Below are positions 52,851-56,225 of a DNA stretch of 56,225 bases, one piece after another. Each line of letters opens with the position of its first letter. Position 1 is the first letter of the stretch. Source of the DNA: Neoconidiobolus thromboides FSU 785 (Eukaryota; Fungi; Entomophthoromycota). Under the pieces are notes generated by a model. The model did not search any database and was not told the origin of the DNA. It saw nothing but the letters and a program-made list of their open reading frames with translations. A program made the position numbers and the translations under genes. The stretch spans positions 1-56,225 of the forward strand of contig MU626393.1 in NCBI GenBank assembly GCA_025603075.1, in the 5' to 3' direction.

Positions 52851-55005
52851 CTTATTTATCAATCAAACATTTCTGAATTATAAGTGTTTATCTAAATAAA
52901 ATTATTGAATTTATTATTTACAGTAGTGCTCGGTCATATAAATTATTTTTATTAAATGGTATAAATGTTTAAGCTGTAGCGTATAATTTCTTTTAAAACC
53001 ATATAAACCATACTTTTTGAATATATGATTTAACTAACATTTTGGCGATTTTGTTATATTAAATAGATTTGATGTTTATTGTATTAAATTATTAAGCATT
53101 TGATTGAATGCTATATTGATTAAATTACCATATTTTAATACAAAACTAATGTTTTTAATATCTATTTTATATTTCAATTAAGGCTCATTATACTTTATTG
53201 CGCCAAGTTCTTATCATATAGAAATTAAAATATATTTAAAGTTTGTTATATCAAGTGATTAATGTAGATATATTAAGAGGATTGCATTAAAAAAGTACTA
53301 TTAATCAAATAGATTCTTATTATTAGTAACAACAAATAAAATTTTTAAAGTAACAACCCGGCTTGTATTATTTTTAATGAGCATTTTTAAAGACATTCAT
53401 TAACTTTAAAAGCGGAACAATAGTAAAAACATTGCTATGAGTGTCTAATTTCTGGTATTACTAGCTTTATTATAAATGATTTAAACACACTAAAGTATTA
53501 GTTTATACCAGAAATACATATATGAATGCTTAAATGGAATAAACACTAAATAGCAAATTTGATACTATTGATGGTAAAAGAAATATAGATTCTTATGAAA
53601 TTAAACTTGACTCAAAGTGTTCAACCCAATATAACCCTTTATGTTATGGCAGGTCTACTTTTTATGCTAATAACCTAGACTACCAGCTTTTTGATCTAAA
53701 ACAATTGGTAATTGGAATTGTACCAGTAAAAATGGAATTTATTGTAACAATAATTAAGAAGACGTATCAGTCTATTCCTCTAACCTATGAAACCTAAATG
53801 CCTTGGTGATTTTGATATAAATATTGATAAATACAGGAAATTATATTCTTCCAAAGGTTTTTTAGCTCCTAAATGCTGGACTAAATCGGGATTATTCAGG
53901 CCGTATTGAACTTTATTTAATGAATGTAAGGCAATGAAATTGATATCAAAACTTGTTGAGGGTGTTGTTTTTAAATAAGTACATATTTTTTATCCTCTTA
54001 TTTTAATTGGAGAAGGTTTTGCTATTATTGGATCGTATAATGATTTTTATCAATTTTTATGAACACAAAGTATGTAGAATAAAATCAATATCTTTATGCT
54101 AAAGCTATTATTTTGATGATTTCTATTGTTTAATATTATTTCTGGCGCTATCGGTTGCACAAGCCGGAATTCTCATTGAAGCTATAGTATTTTTGAATTC
54201 ACACCTTAAACTTTATCCTCAAAAATACCGCCTCAGTCTTATTATTGCTAATTCAACCATAGTCAAGTTTTAAACAATTAAACAAATTTTATTAACTATT
54301 ATAAGAATTTAAAATCATATACCAGTTTAGTTTATTGGACTTTAATATTGGCTGGGGGTTTAAAAGTCTGCCTTAATGGTAGCTGGGTAAATTCTTTATT
54401 TTGATTACACCTATTGTAGCTCTTTTGAAACTTAATAACTTAAGAAAAAAAATCTAGTTAAAATATAAGTATAATGCTTTGAAATTGATTCTAAAAATAA
54501 GTTGATTGTAAAAATTACCTCCAAAAAGGTCGAGAAAGTGTTGTAACAGCTATAAACCACACAAGAATGCTTCAAGTAATAAAAGCATATAAAATTAACT
54601 CAATTACTAACAAGGCTTTATTATAATCTAGTCAAAGGTTATGCAGTAGCTTATTTTATCAAACAAATTTAATGTAGCTATAAATGATAAAAACTTTGCC
54701 TCTATTTTATTGCTATTACTCTACGGTAATCAATATTTTTGATGATTTTAAATTATATAATCAAAAGGTTTACTATATATTTAAAAATAACGATTTTTAT
54801 CTTAGCTCGATAGTACGAAAACCTAATAATGTCAACTTTTCTAAATTGGCATTAATATTGAATAGTAATATTAAATAGTATTATTAAATAGGCCTTTTAT
54901 CTAGTATTTATTATTTGTGATTAAAAATCAAGATCTTGCAAAAATAAGGCTATTTTAAAAAACTAAGTTTAATAAATTCAGATTTAATCAAATTTATTTA
55001 AATAT

Positions 55006-55164
55006 TTAATAATAAGGAATTGTAGGACAGGTGCCTTGTACTGTTTTAGTCACATAGGTAACTGTAGTGCTGGTAACTACTTTGGTAACGTCTTTACATG
55101 GTCTTCCATAACCTTGGGCAAGAGAGGAGGCAGCAAGTAATACAATGGCGGATAAGAATTTCAT
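55006..55164 (-). CDS. 52-aa secreted Thr/Val-rich peptide with two Cys (missed by the ORF track)
   Basis: MKFLSAIVLLAASSLA-QGYGRPCKDVTKVVTSTTVTYVTKTVQGTCPTIPYY*; GC-richer than flanks; clear signal peptide. Confidence 0.75.
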   Translation of the reverse strand: MKFLSAIVLLAASSLAQGYGRPCKDVTKVVTSTTVTYVTKTVQGTCPTIPYY

Positions 55165-55887
55165 TTTCTCTTTATATATGATCAAATTGAGTTATGTTTA
55201 TAACAATTGTTTTTTAACTAAATTTCAGATATTGGGAGGGTTTATATACATATTTTAGATAACCATGTTGAGGGTGCAATGTATAAGATAATACAAAACC
55301 AAGCCTTCGCTTTTTAAAAAGCTATTTTTATACTTTCTACTTTAAATAACAGCGTTAAAATACTTTCATGTTAGTATTAAATTAACTTAAAAGGTTTCAA
55401 AACCTTATTTTTTATGATCTGAAAAGCAAATGATATTTAATTTAAACTAGAAATTTCATTGGCATAATTTAAAATTGGTGATTGAAAAGCTAAATTTTAG
55501 CCTTTTTAATTTTTTAGTTAAAGTTAATGCAACTTATTTGCAATGCTTTATTTTCAATTTAAAATTAGAACAAAAGTGAACTTTGAACTTAAAATTAGAG
55601 AAATTAGAAACATTAAGAACAATTTGAGATAAAGTTAAGCAAGCTTATCAATATAATACATTTTATTGCTAATCTTAAACTTCTTTTAATATACTTTTTT
55701 ACCCTAATAATAAGCCTGATTATGAACATAATAAATGTTATTATTAAATGTAAACTTGAGTTTATCAAATGTATTTTAATAAAAAGATAGACCCTTTTTA
55801 GAAGCCCATGTTTGTGTTTAAAATTACTAGTACCATAAACTATAAAAAGGGACTTTATGATGGTAACAATCATTATCAAAAACAACA

Positions 55888-56225
55888 ATGAAATTTCAAA
55901 TACTCATTCCAGTTACTTTTTTACTCTCTGCCCTCAATGCAGCTTCACCAGCTGATTACTACGGTGGTTACAATCCTTGTAGACCAAGAACTGTTACTTC
56001 TACTTCGAAAGTAACTAAAACATTGACAGCAACTGTGACAAAAAAACCGAGTTATTGTCCTACCCCATGTCGCCCTAAAACAGTCACTTCTACTAAAGTG
56101 ATTACTTCTACTGGTACCAAAGTAGTCACTGTTAAACCTCCTTATTGCTCAAAAACTAGAACCACTACCACTGGCACTAGCACTACTGGAACCTCCACTA
56201 CTGGAACCTCCACTACTGGAACTAG
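55888..56225 (+). CDS. Secreted Thr-rich repeat protein, adhesin/mucin-like (truncated by window edge)
   Basis: MKFQILIPVTFLLSALNA signal; two modules PCRP(R/K)TVTST...YC; then 15-bp ACCTCCACTACTGGA (GTSTT) repeats. Confidence 0.8.
   Translation, partial: MKFQILIPVTFLLSALNAASPADYYGGYNPCRPRTVTSTSKVTKTLTATVTKKPSYCPTPCRPKTVTSTKVITSTGTKVVTVKPPYCSKTRTTTTGTSTTGTSTTGTSTTGT

Noticed and set aside
53840-53910. Minus-strand CCCGATTTA...AACCTTTGG resembling the Tc1/IS630 PDLNPIENLW motif
   Set aside because: Needs an insertion and frameshift to align, and no other transposase motif is nearby.

Overview
Very AT-rich, intron-dense eukaryotic genomic DNA with ~45-65 nt GT-AG introns. It looks fungal and is consistent with an early-diverging lineage such as Zoopagomycota (taxon is inference). 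Compact clusters of housekeeping genes alternate with gene-poor AT-rich blocks. The genes are YPT1, VMA5, a synaptobrevin, two CaMK paralogs, TBCB, TACO1, a DnaJ gene, PAM18, an enoyl-CoA isomerase, a TALE homeobox, an EDC4-like gene, RPS31, SEC1, SCD6, RRP6, TSPO and small secreted proteins. The gene-poor blocks hold 23 near-full copies (plus one isolated end) of a ~105 bp foldback MITE with GGGG...CCCC ends and a 4-bp AWWT-like target duplication, two solo LTRs and decayed Kelch-family pseudogenes. Most notable: (1) ribosomal protein eS31 is fused to a ubiquitin-like domain only 37/76 identical to ubiquitin, with all four Arg lost and ending LLGG, and its gene has an unusually long, structured intron; (2) the MITE family, one copy of which sits exactly on the TACO1 start codon; (3) repeat-focused C>T/G>A decay; (4) 8- and 11-nt microexons shared by both kinase paralogs; (5) a divergent pair of secreted Cys-bracketed Thr/Val-rich genes at the right edge. 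All exon calls and alignments were read by eye.
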